DNA of 63,501 nt, counting the filler, from Thraustochytrium aureum (taxonomy: Eukaryota), in assembly GCA_012862495.1 (NCBI GenBank). It is 5 parts of 3 records of this genome, joined end to end, with 100 filler letters (N's around TTAATTAATTAA, not from the genome) between each part and the next. Parts side by side here need not be neighbours in the genome. Positions count along the whole stretch, not along the records: positions 8,543 to 29,438 come from BLSG01000102.1; positions 29,539 to 44,133 come from BLSG01000103.1; 3 more parts are not named here. One strand, written 5' to 3'. Position 1 is the first letter of the stretch. Each line of letters begins with the position of its first letter. Made by a program: the position numbers and the translations under genes. Of this stretch, positions 23,788 to 34,767 are shown piece by piece. The notes below the pieces were generated by a model. The model was not told the DNA's origin. It saw only the letters and a program-made list of their open reading frames with translations, and made no database searches.

Positions 23788-24888
23788 TCAAACCGCGCCA
23801 ACGCTTCGCTCAAAGGGCAGCCCCGCAAGCTCAGCCACGTGAGTAGTGCAACAGCGCGCTAACGCGGCGAGGTTGTAACCGCCTTCCAAAACCGAGACCA
23901 ACCTGCCGCCGCAATGCTCCTCCGCGATGGCGCGCAGCATGCGTACACAGTAGACAAACTCTCTCTCCGTGAGCAACAAGGAGCCGAGCGGGTCGTCCCG
24001 GTGCGAGTCAAAGCCTGCGGACACCATAATCAGATCGGGTTTGAACGAGGCTACCGCTGGAAGCACGAGCTGGTCAAGCACGTCGCGGTACTCTTCAGGA
24101 CCAAACATACTAGGCAGCGGCACATTGATTACGTTTCCGTGCGCGCCCCGCTCCTCTACGTCGCCCGAGTTGGGGTAGATGGCCTGTTGGTGGGTTGAGA
24201 CGAACAAGACTGTGCGGTCATCCCAAAATACGTCTTGCGTGCCGTTGCCGTGGTGCACATCAAAGTCAACAATAGCCACCCTTTGCGCTCCGTGCTCGCG
24301 CTGCGCGTGCCTAGCGCCGATCGCCACGTTGTTCAACATGCAAAACCCCATGCTTTCTTTGGAGGTCGCGTGGTGGCCTGGAGGCCGCACAAGGCAGAAC
24401 GCATTCTGCACGTCACCCGCAGGGTCAAAGACAAGGTCGACGGCGTCCACAACAGCCCCTGCCGCAGCGAGACAGGCTTGCAGCGTGCCGGAGGTTACCA
24501 GTGTGTCTGAATCGAGGTTGACCGAGCAGGTCGACGCTTTACTCGCCTCTAGGCCAAGCGCTTCGAGGCGTTTCACCTGCGCCTTGCTGTGCACCGCGAG
24601 CACAGCGTTCTCAGGGGCAAGCGTGACGTGGTCGACGAACCGCACCTTTCCGTGCGCCGTCCCAAACGCTGCTTTGAGTGCGCTGAGCGTCTTTGCCACT
24701 CGGTCAGGCTGTTCCGGGTGGTCGCTCGCGCCGTGGTCCACACAGCGCGCATCCGAGAGCACGGCGGTGACCGATCTTTGCAGCGGTGCGCTCGTGCTGG
24801 CCGCTGTGCTCAGCCGGGCAGCACTTCGCTTCCAGCGCGGCGAGGCGGCAACTGACGCGCGTTCGGCCGTGACGGCAAATGCGCGCAT
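23788..24888 (-). CDS. Zn-dependent histone deacetylase family protein (bacterial-like/class II-like)
   Basis: HPE, RPPGHHA, GFC, DFDVHHGNGTQ, SAGFDSH.DDPL, LEGGY. Confidence 0.95.
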   Translation of the reverse strand: MRAFAVTAERASVAASPRWKRSAARLSTAASTSAPLQRSVTAVLSDARCVDHGASDHPEQPDRVAKTLSALKAAFGTAHGKVRFVDHVTLAPENAVLAVHSKAQVKRLEALGLEASKASTCSVNLDSDTLVTSGTLQACLAAAGAVVDAVDLVFDPAGDVQNAFCLVRPPGHHATSKESMGFCMLNNVAIGARHAQREHGAQRVAIVDFDVHHGNGTQDVFWDDRTVLFVSTHQQAIYPNSGDVEERGAHGNVINVPLPSMFGPEEYRDVLDQLVLPAVASFKPDLIMVSAGFDSHRDDPLGSLLLTEREFVYCVRMLRAIAEEHCGGRLVSVLEGGYNLAALARCCTTHVAELAGLPFERSVGAV

Positions 24889-25178
24889 TTCGACCTGCCG
24901 TTGGAAGTGGCACAGCACGGGCCCCGGTACAGTCTGCCGCGCCCTGCCGCGCCCTGCCGTGCCCTGCGCGAGTTTCGGTAACTCGGCTGCTGCTTGCCGT
25001 TCCGAGGACGGGGCGAACTGCTGTGCAAGACCAATGGGTCACCAGACTCGGCCAGATCAGGATTCATCAGGACAGACAAGAAAAAGTTGAAAAACCGAAA
25101 AAAGAATAAAAAATGAAGGTGAGTTACAGCGCGCGGCATTCCCAGCAGCGCCACCACCGTTGGTCAGACGGGCAAGCG

Positions 25179-26246
25179 CTAAAAGCCGAGCACAACCGAC
25201 TCGAGCTGCCGCAAGGATGCGCTCACGAGGTCGACGTTGATTTCGAAAAAGTCATTCACGACGGCTTTGATAACCGAGGCAACAGCCGCGCGGTCGGCAT
25301 TCTCGTCCTCGTCAAGCTCGGCGAGTGCGGCCAAGAGGTTGCGCAGAAAGGCCTCCAGCGCAGTTGCGCGGCTCGCGGCCAGCTCAAGGCCTGTCGCAAG
25401 CTTTCCGGGTACAGTCAGGCCAGTCTTTGGAGGGAAAGTGCAGAGTACTGGACCTAGCGGCCCAGCCAAGCCCACGGCCTCAGCTCGCGCGGCCAGGCGG
25501 TCGAGCAGGAGGGTGCGCGCAAGCGAGTAGCGTNNNNNNNNNNNNNNNNNNNNNNNNNNNNNNNNNNNNNNNNNNNNNNNNNNNNNNNNNNNNNNNNNNN
25601 NNNNNNNNNNNNNNNNNNNNNNNNNNNNNNNNNNNNNNNNNNNNNNNNNNNNNNNNNNNNNNNNNNNNNNNNNNNNNNNNNNNNNNNNNNNNNNNNNNNN
25701 NNNNNNNNNNNNNNNNNNNNNNNNNATCAAGTTTACCGACACAGTGTACTCACGAAACGGCCTGAAGCATGATCCCTCCACGCCGCCAGCGCACACCGAA
25801 ACCTTGTTGATATTAAGGAGAATCGGGTCGCAGCCGGTGCTGCGGGCGCGAAGATGCAGCGCGGGCTCGCTCGGTCGTACGGGCTCAAGGACAGCTGGCG
25901 ATGGTGTTTGGACTCTGGCGGTGGAGGCCAGGCCGGCGAGGCGCAGTCTCTCCGCAAAGCTCGCGCCGCCCAAGCTCGACGTTCGCGCGACTTGCCTTGC
26001 CTGTGCCGCTTTCCCGTGTCGCTGCTGCTGCTGCGGCGGCTGCTGCTGTTGCTGGCCATGATGAACGGGCTCGCTCTGCGGCCCAGCCAGCAGTTCGAAG
26101 AAAACCGTGGGCCTCGCCTCTCTGCCTGTGTAGCTGCGGTTCGCTGCAAACTGGCCCATGGGCGAGAGCGCCCCTGCTGCCTTTTGCGCTGCAGCTTGCT
26201 CGTCCACGCCCGTTCCCGCGTTGCCTTGGTCTCCGGCGTTCTCCAT
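25179..26246 (-). CDS. PX (phox homology) domain protein; spans gap
   Basis: EYTVSV..RYS..FPPK..RATALEAFLRNL..VNDFF fits the PX pattern. Confidence 0.65.
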   Translation of the reverse strand: MENAGDQGNAGTGVDEQAAAQKAAGALSPMGQFAANRSYTGREARPTVFFELLAGPQSEPVHHGQQQQQPPQQQQRHGKAAQARQVARTSSLGGASFAERLRLAGLASTARVQTPSPAVLEPVRPSEPALHLRARSTGCDPILLNINKVSVCAGGVEGSCFRPFREYTVSVNLXXXXXXXXXXXXXXXXXXXXXXXXXXXXXXXXXXXXXXXXXXXXXXXXXXXXXXXXXXXXXXXXXRYSLARTLLLDRLAARAEAVGLAGPLGPVLCTFPPKTGLTVPGKLATGLELAASRATALEAFLRNLLAALAELDEDENADRAAVASVIKAVVNDFFEINVDLVSASLRQLESVVLGF

Positions 26247-27050
26247 TCTCGAGGTCGTTGCGACCTCCCGGTGGCCAACGCAAGTGGTTGGCCTTGCGCT
26301 GGGTCAGCCGAACCAAGCAGCGCAGCGGTGCGTGCGAGTGACTGGGTGTGTCTCGCTGCTGGCTGCCTTGTCTGGCCGTACTGCAAGCGGTGCGTTGCGC
26401 GCGAGGGAGGAGGGCCTGTTGTGATGAAATCAATCAACATGTCGCACAATTCGAGCCCGCAAAAGCTTCCGCGGACCCTCTGATGCGGTGTGCGCTCGTT
26501 TCGTTTGCCTCTGCACTGAAAGCGTGATCGCGGACAACGCTGTTGCTGCGCTTGGACAGGGCTTGTTGGGTCAAACCCAAACCAGCACGCTTGACAAGAG
26601 CGAAAGCCGGGCGACTCGGAGGGTTTGTGCCCAGCAAAGCAACCTCAGTGCTGCACTTGGCCTGACTCCGAATGGGCCGTTTCCTATTTCCTGCGCTTTC
26701 AAGAAGACGGAGGTGACGCACGGCAGGCAGCGCTGGCGGGGCTGCTCAGCAAGGACCCAAAGACCGAGCGCCTTGGCAAGGGGAACGAAGACTCGGATAC
26801 AGCCTCTGTCAAGAGGCTCAAGAGTAGGTATCCTCCCCCACTCTATCTACTCTGGTCTATCGTAGAGCTAGCTCTAGTAGAGAGAGCACCTCTTCCGTTC
26901 CGAGTCCTCCCCAACTCGACAACCGAGTGTCCACGACTCGACAATTCTCCTGCCTGCATACGTCGGTTGGTCGCCGACTTGCAGCAAGGCGACGCCCATC
27001 GCTTCCAGTTCCGGTTCGTTTGGCGAGGACGACAAGGCAACCGATCAGCG

Positions 27051-28364
27051 ATGGAGGCCCCCAGCTCGATGAGCTCGTTCGACGAGCTAGCTTTGGCGGA
27101 CTCTGCTCCGGCCGGCGCCCAAGCCACAACAGGGCAGCCAGCGACCGCAGCTTCTCCCCACTTTGTGGATGCAAGCTCTGGCGCAAAGCTGTTGCCGTCG
27201 TGCACCTCGACGGCAGACACGCCACCACCCGCGCGCTCAGAGCGCGAGTTTCTCACGCAGAACCTCTGGGTTCGGTTCATCCCAGCGCTCGTGGTCTGGC
27301 CCATTTGGCTCTTCACAATGGTCCGAGGCAATCGCTTTGCGGAGGTGTTCCAGTACTGGCCTATTTCTGTGACGATGGTGCTCGGCAGCTTTATTGCCGG
27401 CTCGACCCCGCTCGGAGGCGGCGTCGTGGCCTTCCCTGTCTCGGTGCTCGTTCTCGGCTTCACCTCGGAAGAGTCGCGAGATGCCTCGGTGCTCGTGCAA
27501 AGCGTGGGCATGACGGCCGCCTCGTTCCTGCTGCTCACGACCAAGCCAGACCTGCTTGATGCCCCAATCATCGCCAAAAGCGTCGTGTACGGTGCACTCG
27601 GAATGCTCTTGGGGTTGGCTGTCCAGGCGCCTGCCTCCATCATAAATCTCATCTACACGACACTCGTATTCGAGTTTGGCATCGTCTACTTTTACACCAA
27701 CAAGATGCTGACGCCGCCAACGGTAGTTGGCGGAACGTCGCTAAGCCCCGTAGAACCCGTGATAGCCCCGCTCGGGACAGGGGCCAAGCGAGAGCGGACG
27801 GCGCAGGTGCTGTTGGCTGTTTCTGGCGTGCTGGGCGGCTTTGTCACTGCCAACGTGGGGAGCGGCAGCGACATTCTTATGTACGGCTTTGGGATCTACG
27901 TTTGGAACGTGCTCTACCCGGAGCGGCGCATGGAGGACAACCGCTTTACAGCCTCGTCGGTGCTAGTAATGGCAGCCATGTCTGTTGCCACTTCGCTCAC
28001 CCGTGCGCTGAATGGAGGTTTCTCCGACAAGGTGCTGCTTGCGTGGGGCGCGATGAGCTTTGTGGTTGTAATGGGCGCCCCGGTGGGCTCGCTAATCCTC
28101 ACCCCCGCTGCGACCCCCTACCTGCACGTCCTCTTCTACGTCCTTGCCGTGCTCCAGTTTGCCCTATTCGGGGCCCTCAAGATCCAAGGCGACGTTGCGG
28201 CCTGGATCGCCATACTGCTCACCACAGTCACGGTTCTGATCGGGCTTGCCGCTCACTACAAGTTTGTCTTGTTGCCGCGCCGATCAGGGCCGATGGACAG
28301 GACGAGCCCATCAGAGCCGCCAACGCACTCTGGCGCTCCGCTGGTTCGTGTGATCAGCGCGTGA
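27051..28364 (+). CDS. TauE/SafE (sulfite exporter-like) membrane protein
   Basis: SVTMVLGSFIAGSTPLGGGVVAFP, QSVGMTAAS, GSGSD, VVMGAPVGS; multiple TM helices. Confidence 0.85.
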   Translation: MEAPSSMSSFDELALADSAPAGAQATTGQPATAASPHFVDASSGAKLLPSCTSTADTPPPARSEREFLTQNLWVRFIPALVVWPIWLFTMVRGNRFAEVFQYWPISVTMVLGSFIAGSTPLGGGVVAFPVSVLVLGFTSEESRDASVLVQSVGMTAASFLLLTTKPDLLDAPIIAKSVVYGALGMLLGLAVQAPASIINLIYTTLVFEFGIVYFYTNKMLTPPTVVGGTSLSPVEPVIAPLGTGAKRERTAQVLLAVSGVLGGFVTANVGSGSDILMYGFGIYVWNVLYPERRMEDNRFTASSVLVMAAMSVATSLTRALNGGFSDKVLLAWGAMSFVVVMGAPVGSLILTPAATPYLHVLFYVLAVLQFALFGALKIQGDVAAWIAILLTTVTVLIGLAAHYKFVLLPRRSGPMDRTSPSEPPTHSGAPLVRVISA

Positions 28365-29482
28365 GGCGAGCCATCCGGCCCACCATAGCAGCACCTTCTG
28401 GACCGTAGAGAGTGCTTCGCAGAGGACTCGCGATCCTCCTTGCGTTGTTACAATAACAATTGGCAAGGAGTATGCATCCTCCCAAGCTCAAGAGCCCTCG
28501 CTTACATTCGGCGGGAATCTGTTCTGATTATACATACGCCATGCCGCTGACCTGCGACCTCTCAGGTTTAGCTCGCGTTGTGGCTCCGCGGGATGCCGCT
28601 GCTGCTGCTGCTNNNNNNNNNNNNNNNNNNNNNNNNNNNNNNNNNNNNNNNNNNNNNNNNNNNNNNNNNNNNNNNNNNNNNNNNNNNNNNNNNNNNNNNN
28701 NNNNNNNNNNNNNNNNNNNNNNNNNNNNNNNNNNNNNNNNNNNNNNNNNNNNNNNNNNNNNNNNNNNNNNNNNNNNNNNNNNNNNNNNNNNNNNNNNNNN
28801 NNNNNNNNNNNNNNNNNNNNNNNNNNNNNNNNNNNNNNNNNNNNNNNNNNNNNNNNNNNNNNNNNNNNNNNNNNNNNNNNNNNNNNNNNNNNNNNNNNNN
28901 GCTGCACGAAAAACGTTTTGGACGCCGCGCGTCCCGTCTCGAGTAGTAAATACACAATGCCCAAAAAGGAAGCATGCGATCGACCTTGCGAGACCGACCG
29001 GCGTTTGGGCCTTTTTCTCTCGCTACGACGACGTCAAGCGCACGCTGGTGGACACGGCGCAGTCACGTCTTGCCGAGGGGCTTGCGGATGGAAAGCGCCA
29101 TCGATGCGATCATTTTGTGCGATCATGTTGCTATCGCGGCTCTTGTGCAAGCTAGTTCTCTGTTGCCGCGCGCAGACCAACGCAGCCAAACGCAAGGAAG
29201 CCTTGTACCGGCACTTCAAGAGGCGAGAGGAACAGCACAGTCTGTGCAACTTGGTATTGGTGCGCCAGCGCTGCAGTAGCGTCGCATCTACTTTCCAAGG
29301 TCGCTGAAATGGCGTCCCGCGCCCGTTGAAGGCTTCGTTTCGCACACCTCACGCTCACAGCCCGCATCGTCGGCGGCCCATCCGCGCTTGATCTCTCCTT
29401 GTGATGTTGCCCGCTGGTGGGAGAAAAAAATCCCTGCCNNNNNNNNNNNNNNNNNNNNNNNNNNNNNNNNNNNNNNNNNNNN

Positions 29483-29494
29483 TTAATTAATTAA
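29483..29494. other. Artificial scaffold linker
   Basis: TTAATTAATTAA within Ns. Confidence 0.97.
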
Positions 29495-29584
29495 NNNNNN
29501 NNNNNNNNNNNNNNNNNNNNNNNNNNNNNNNNNNNNNNCGAAGGGTTGGACGCGGCAGAGGAGCGCAAGGCTTGCGTTTACTAC

Positions 29585-29678
29585 GAGGCAATTATGGTCC
29601 GTCTCCCGACCGATCGCGCAAACCGCTGCCAGAGGCAATTATGGTCCGTCTCCCGACCGATCGCGCAAACCGCTGCCA
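29585..29678. repeat. Perfect 47-bp tandem duplication
   Basis: GAGGCAATTATGGTCCGTCTCCCGACCGATCGCGCAAACCGCTGCCA at 29585 and 29632. Confidence 0.95.
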
Positions 29679-31431
29679 GGCTGGGTGCTATCATCTACAG
29701 GCGAATCTCTTTCTGCTCCGGTAGAGTCCCGCAGCCGATCCATTCGCGGCGGGAAAACGCGGCCGCGTGCGTTCGCCAAAACGGCCTCGTCCTGCGCCCG
29801 TTCTCCCTGGTGGCTGCCCCCCTCGCTTGAGCTGAAGTCGCCCTTTTGCTTTGCGGACTGGGCTTTTAATGCCGCGTCCCGCTTCCGCTTGGTCTCCAGC
29901 TCGTTGAAGCGCACGATTTGCTCTCGCTGCTCCACAACACTGAGCTCGCGCGTTCCTTTCGATATCGACTCTGCAGCGGGGTTGGGCCGCCGCGCGCGCG
30001 GCGCCTCGCGAGGGTTCTCCACTGCCAACAGGGACTGCTCGTCCACGAGTTGCACCAATGTCTCATTGGCATCCACAAATGCGCACACGTCGCCGACGGC
30101 CTCCATGTACTCAATGTCCCGAACAAAGGCAACCGGGTATCGGAGGTGTCGCTCCAGCCGCAGTTTCGTCTGTTGCAGGTCGTCGACCAGAATGCCGAGC
30201 CCGAGAAATGGATCGATTTCTTGAATGGATTTTTGCTCCATCAGGTACTGAAAACAGCGCGTGGCAGAGTCGATTTTCTCCTCTTCGTCGTTGTCATCGA
30301 TGGCGTCCGCCGCCTCGGCAGCGTCGCCACCCGCGGCATGCAGCGCACTTGTGCCGGGCCTTTGCCGGCGCGGGCTCGCCCCTTGCGCTGTTCGGCTCGG
30401 GCCGTTTTGGCGACCAACCGGGCCGTTGTGTCGCTCGATCTTGTGCATGAAGCACAAGGTCGTATTCTCAGACCGCGGACCGCTCCCGAGCCACACGTAG
30501 GTCGAGAGCATGTCTGGGAAGTCTTCTTTGTCCACAATGAATATCCCGGTGCGCCGTGCCGCTGCAGGTGCAGGGCGGGAGGCGGCGCCCTTGTAGCCAG
30601 CCTTTGAGTCTCGCTTTTCGCGCTTGGGGGGCCCGAGGGAGGGGGCTGGAACAGCGCCTCGTAGCACCTGGCCTGTTCGATCGCTTGCTTTGACTTGAGT
30701 ACAATGTACCCAAAGCGCACGGGAGAGTACTGAAAGCTGAGCTTGTCCGGAAACCCCACCGGCTTGTCTGCGTTGGAGGTCGATCGCGCGGCGAGCCTGT
30801 CCAACGACCCGTCGGCCTCGGCGTTTTGATTGGCCTCCTTGGCTTCCTTCGGGTCGTTTTCGCCGCTCGCTCTATTGAGCCGCCTACCTTTGGCCTTGGC
30901 CTCGCGCGCAGCAGACTCTTCCCGGGAAAATGCGAGCTTGGCGTCGTTTCCTGGGATCGGCGCAGCAGGGAGCCCGTCCTTGATGTGGTGGCTGGGGACC
31001 TTGAGCATCGTGTCGGAGGTCATCTCGACCAGCTGGATGAGGATGCCATTTGGATCCACGACGACAGCGATAATCACGCCGGAGTACCGCTGCGGCAGGC
31101 TGAACACCCAGGCGCCGGTGACGCTGCGCTCCACCGCCAGAATCACGTCCCGGATACTTCGCACGTAGAAAACAAGGCGGACCTTGGACTTGGTGCTGAT
31201 GGGCACCTTGACCATCTTGCTATACTTGAGCTGCTTGAACCGCTCGCACTCGAATCGCAGGTCCACGGCATGTCCCATCGCGCCGCGCGGGGTCAAAAAC
31301 ACATACGAGAACGCGCCTTTCTCGAGCTCCGCCTTGCGCTTCAGCGCAAAGTTGAGCACCGTCGTGTAAAACTTGACCGTGCGATTCACGCTAAAGCATT
31401 TCAGCCGCACAAACCCGAGCCGCGAGCTCAT
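29639..31431 (-). CDS. Tandem VOC/glyoxalase-fold protein; frameshift near 30650
   Basis: RLGFVRLKC..TVKFYTTVLNF..RLVFYV..VVVDPNGILIQLVE. Second copy RFGYIVLKS..GLGILVDDL..AFVDANETLVQLVD. Confidence 0.65.
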
Positions 31432-31607
31432 CCTGCTCCCGCTCCGCACCTCCGCCGCATCGGGCTCTGCCGCCGCGGCCGTCCCGGCGTCGCTCAACCG
31501 TCCCCTTGCCCTCTATATAATACTGCGCCAAAAAAACGCAAACGTTTAAATGTATAGAGGGCCGAGGCCCAACGTCCCCAACGAAGCACCACCAGAGCGC
31601 CAACGCG

Positions 31608-32122
31608 GCACGCACGCAGGCACGCAGGCACGCAGGCAGGCTCGCAGGAAGGCGCGCAGGCAGGCGCGCAGGAAGGCGCGCAGGCAGGCAGGTACGCAGG
31701 CAGGCAGCCAGGCAGGCGCTTGTCCTGGCGCGCAGGTGGGCGGGCAGACCCCCCATCTGGCTGTGGCGCCACCCACGCAGGTGCTGACACAGTCCACGAA
31801 CCGACGCTCTAAGGCTCGCACTCAGGCGCGCACGCACGCACGCTCTCAGAGGCACGCACACTGGCAGGCACACTCGCACGCTCTCAGAGGCACGCACGCT
31901 GGCACGCTCGCACGCACGCTGGCACGCTCGCACGNNNNNNNNNNNNNNNNNNNNNNNNNNNNNNNNNNNNNNNNNNNNNNNNNNNNNNNNNNNNNNNNNN
32001 NNNNNNNNNNNNNNNNNNNNNNNNNNNNNNNNNNNNNNNACGCATACGCACGCAGGTAGGCGAGCAAGGGACCCAGACCCCACCTTGGCAAGTGCTGACG
32101 CAGTCCACGGACCGACGCACTC
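31608..32122. repeat. GCAG/GCAC/CAGG microsatellite-like tract with a diverged duplicated unit
   Basis: Runs of gcaggcac/gcacgc. GTGCTGAC(A/G)CAGTCCACG(A/G)ACCGACGC occurs at about 31781 and about 32091. Confidence 0.75.
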
Positions 32123-32248
32123 CGGCAGGTAATTGGTGACGCAGCGGGCGGGAGGGCGTGGGCGGGACCTGGCCGGGGCCTCTTGCGGGGATGAGGGCGG
32201 CTTCGTTTCGGGCAGTGGGAGAGCAGCGCTAGCGGCGGCGGCCTGCGC

Positions 32249-34767
32249 GTGAGACTGCTCCGCGTGGCCGACGAGTTCGAAGAGGCTGCCAAAGCGGAGC
32301 GCGAGCGCTATGAAAGCGTCATCGTGTCCCTGCGCGACAAGCTCGAGGCCCTTCAAGCGACCGCGGAACTCGAGAAGGCGCGAGGCAATCAGCAACAAGA
32401 ACTGATTGAAGCCTTGCAAGAGCGGCTGCGCGACACCGAGCTGGTCGAGTCGTTGCAGTCTAGGGAGCGGCTCGTCGAACAAGGCAAGCTTCTCAAGGAA
32501 ACGGAGAGCCTACGGGCAGAGGTGATGGCCCTCAGGTTCCAGCTACTCAATCTCGCAGGAACGGCTGGAGGGGCAGCACAAGGCCAAGGACAAGCGGGGG
32601 GCGACACGTCCCCAACCGATCAGGATAGCGCAAGTGAAAACGCTGACCCGAATGCGGTTAGCGCTCGCAATGGCGCAGCCAAGCGGTACTCTTCGCGCCT
32701 TCTGGAGGCCGCTCGAGAGGGCGATCTCGAATTGGTGCGCAGGCTTCTCAACCCGGATAAAGAGGTCGTTTCGAGTGCGCTGGACGCCTACCGACGAACC
32801 TTGTCGGAGGCCCTCTTCAACGCCTCGGTAGGTAGCGCCACGGCTAGCGGCGGCGCCGCCGACACGGTCGCGCTGCTGCTCACGTGCGGGGCCAACCCGT
32901 TCGACGCGACAGCCGGCTCAAAGTGGAATGCGGTGCACCATGCTTGCCGCGTCGGCGGCGACAAGGTGCTGGAAAAGCTCTTGTCTTTCGGTTCAAACAA
33001 CCTTGCGCAGCACTTGGAGGACCGAACCGTCGAGGGCTGGACAGCGCTGCACATCGCTGCGCGCGCGGCCAAGCCGAAGTGTGTCAAGCTGCTCCTGCGG
33101 CACGGGGCGAACATCAAGGCCAAGGATGCCGACTCGCGGCTTGCGGCAGACCTGGCTGCGCTCTCCTTAGGGGGTGCGACCCTCCGACGGGGCCGAGTGA
33201 CGGCGTGGAGGACGCAGGCTGGGCCTCTCGCGAGGCTGTGCACGCGACGTTGGAGGCGCTGAGCGACCCCAGCACACTTTTTTGGTCGCATTCGGTGCGA
33301 GCCAACCGGCTCTACGGCGCGGAGGACTACAAGGGCGCGCGCGAGGCGTACAATGAAGCGATCACGCTGACCGAGCAGCACCCCGAGGAGCGCATTGCCT
33401 CGGACACGAACCGCTCCACGCTATACTACAACAGCGCCAGAGCCTGCTTCAAGGTGGGCTGCCACAGCGAAGTGGTCCGTCGCTGCTCCGTCGCGCTCGA
33501 GCTCCGCGACGGTCTGTACACGAACGCGCTTGCACAGCGGGCGTCTTCTTACATGGCGCTGCTCGACTATGAGCGCGCCGCGCAGGACTACAAGACGCTT
33601 ACAGTGCTGGACAAGCCTTCGCGCCTCGGCGGCGCGGAGCTTGGTGGCGCTGGTTCAAACACCTCTGCAGAGGACTGGGCCGAGCACTTTGAGCGAGCCG
33701 AACGGCTCGCAGCCAAGGCGAAGGACCACTACATGGTCCTGAACGTTCGCGCAGACGCGACGCCCACGGAGGTGAAGCAGGCGTTTCGCAAGCAGTGCCT
33801 CAAGTGGCACCCCGACAAGCACCGCGGCAGCGAGGACGACATGGCGCGCGCCTCGGCCATGTTTAAAGCCATCAACGAAGCCAACGAGGTGCTGAGCGAC
33901 GAACAGAAGCGGACGCTCTACGACATTGACCGCATCTCGAAGAGGATGGACGACATTGTGCGACGCCAGCACGAGGAGCAGCAGCAGTGGCACGCCTCGA
34001 AACGGACGCGGGCATCTGGCACCGCGGCAGCAGCGCCTACGTCGACGCCGAGGGCGTCAAGCAGCGGCCCGGCTACGGGGTCGTCTCCTTTTGAGAGCGG
34101 GCGATCCGCTGCCGACTCGACGTTTGACCGTCAGGAAGACCAGCAAGGGGGGTCTGCCTCGTCGTACTTTCGCGCAGCCTACGCAGACCAGCGCCACCGC
34201 AAGCGAGGATGGGACGCGCGTGGATTTTCGGGCTCTGCCGCGGAGGACGACACCCGCAACGCTTCCACGAACGACGGCGACGCGGGCTATAGGGCCCACG
34301 CGTCGTACGGAGCTAGCCCTGAGTTTGCAGCGGGGCCAGCGGCGCGTGGTTCTAGCGCTAGGGCCGGGCCGGCTCGAAGGCAAGGGGAGGCGCCAGACAC
34401 TGGCGACGACTCTTCACTTGCTTCCACGAGCGACGAGGAAGAAGACGTTTTGCACTTTGGCGACGGTGGTCTTGGTGGCGTCGGGGAGCGGCGGCGCTCC
34501 TCGCGAGGACAGTTCGATAGGTACAAGACGGCCACAACGGCAGAGGGCCTCGATGAGGGCGACGACGACGACGACGACGATGACGAGGAGGATGACGAAG
34601 ACGACGAGGAGATATTTGAGGATCAAGACGAGTGGGTCTGGCGGCGCAAACAGCAGGCGGAAAATCAAGCCCGGCCGGGATTTAGCCACTTTAGCGAGAG
34701 GGCCCCGAGTCCTGGGTACTTTTACGACAGGACGCGCGGAGGCGCTGGCGAGGTCAAGCTGCCTTGA
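32249..34767 (+). CDS. Coiled-coil + ankyrin + TPR + DnaJ-domain co-chaperone with acidic tail; frameshift near 33170; 5' end uncertain
   Basis: Ankyrin GWTALHIAARAAKPKCVKLLLRHGANI. TPR ANRLYGAEDYKGAREAYNEAI..LYYNSARAC. J domain DHYMVLNV..KWHPDK..INEANEVLSD. Confidence 0.85.

Noticed and set aside
22278..24888. JmjC + HDAC as a chromatin-modifier cluster
   Set aside because: Convergent neighbours only. The HDAC looks organellar and JMJD5-type enzymes are mainly hydroxylases.
29585..29678. CRISPR-like array
   Set aside because: Two adjacent copies with no spacer, no cas genes, and a eukaryotic context.
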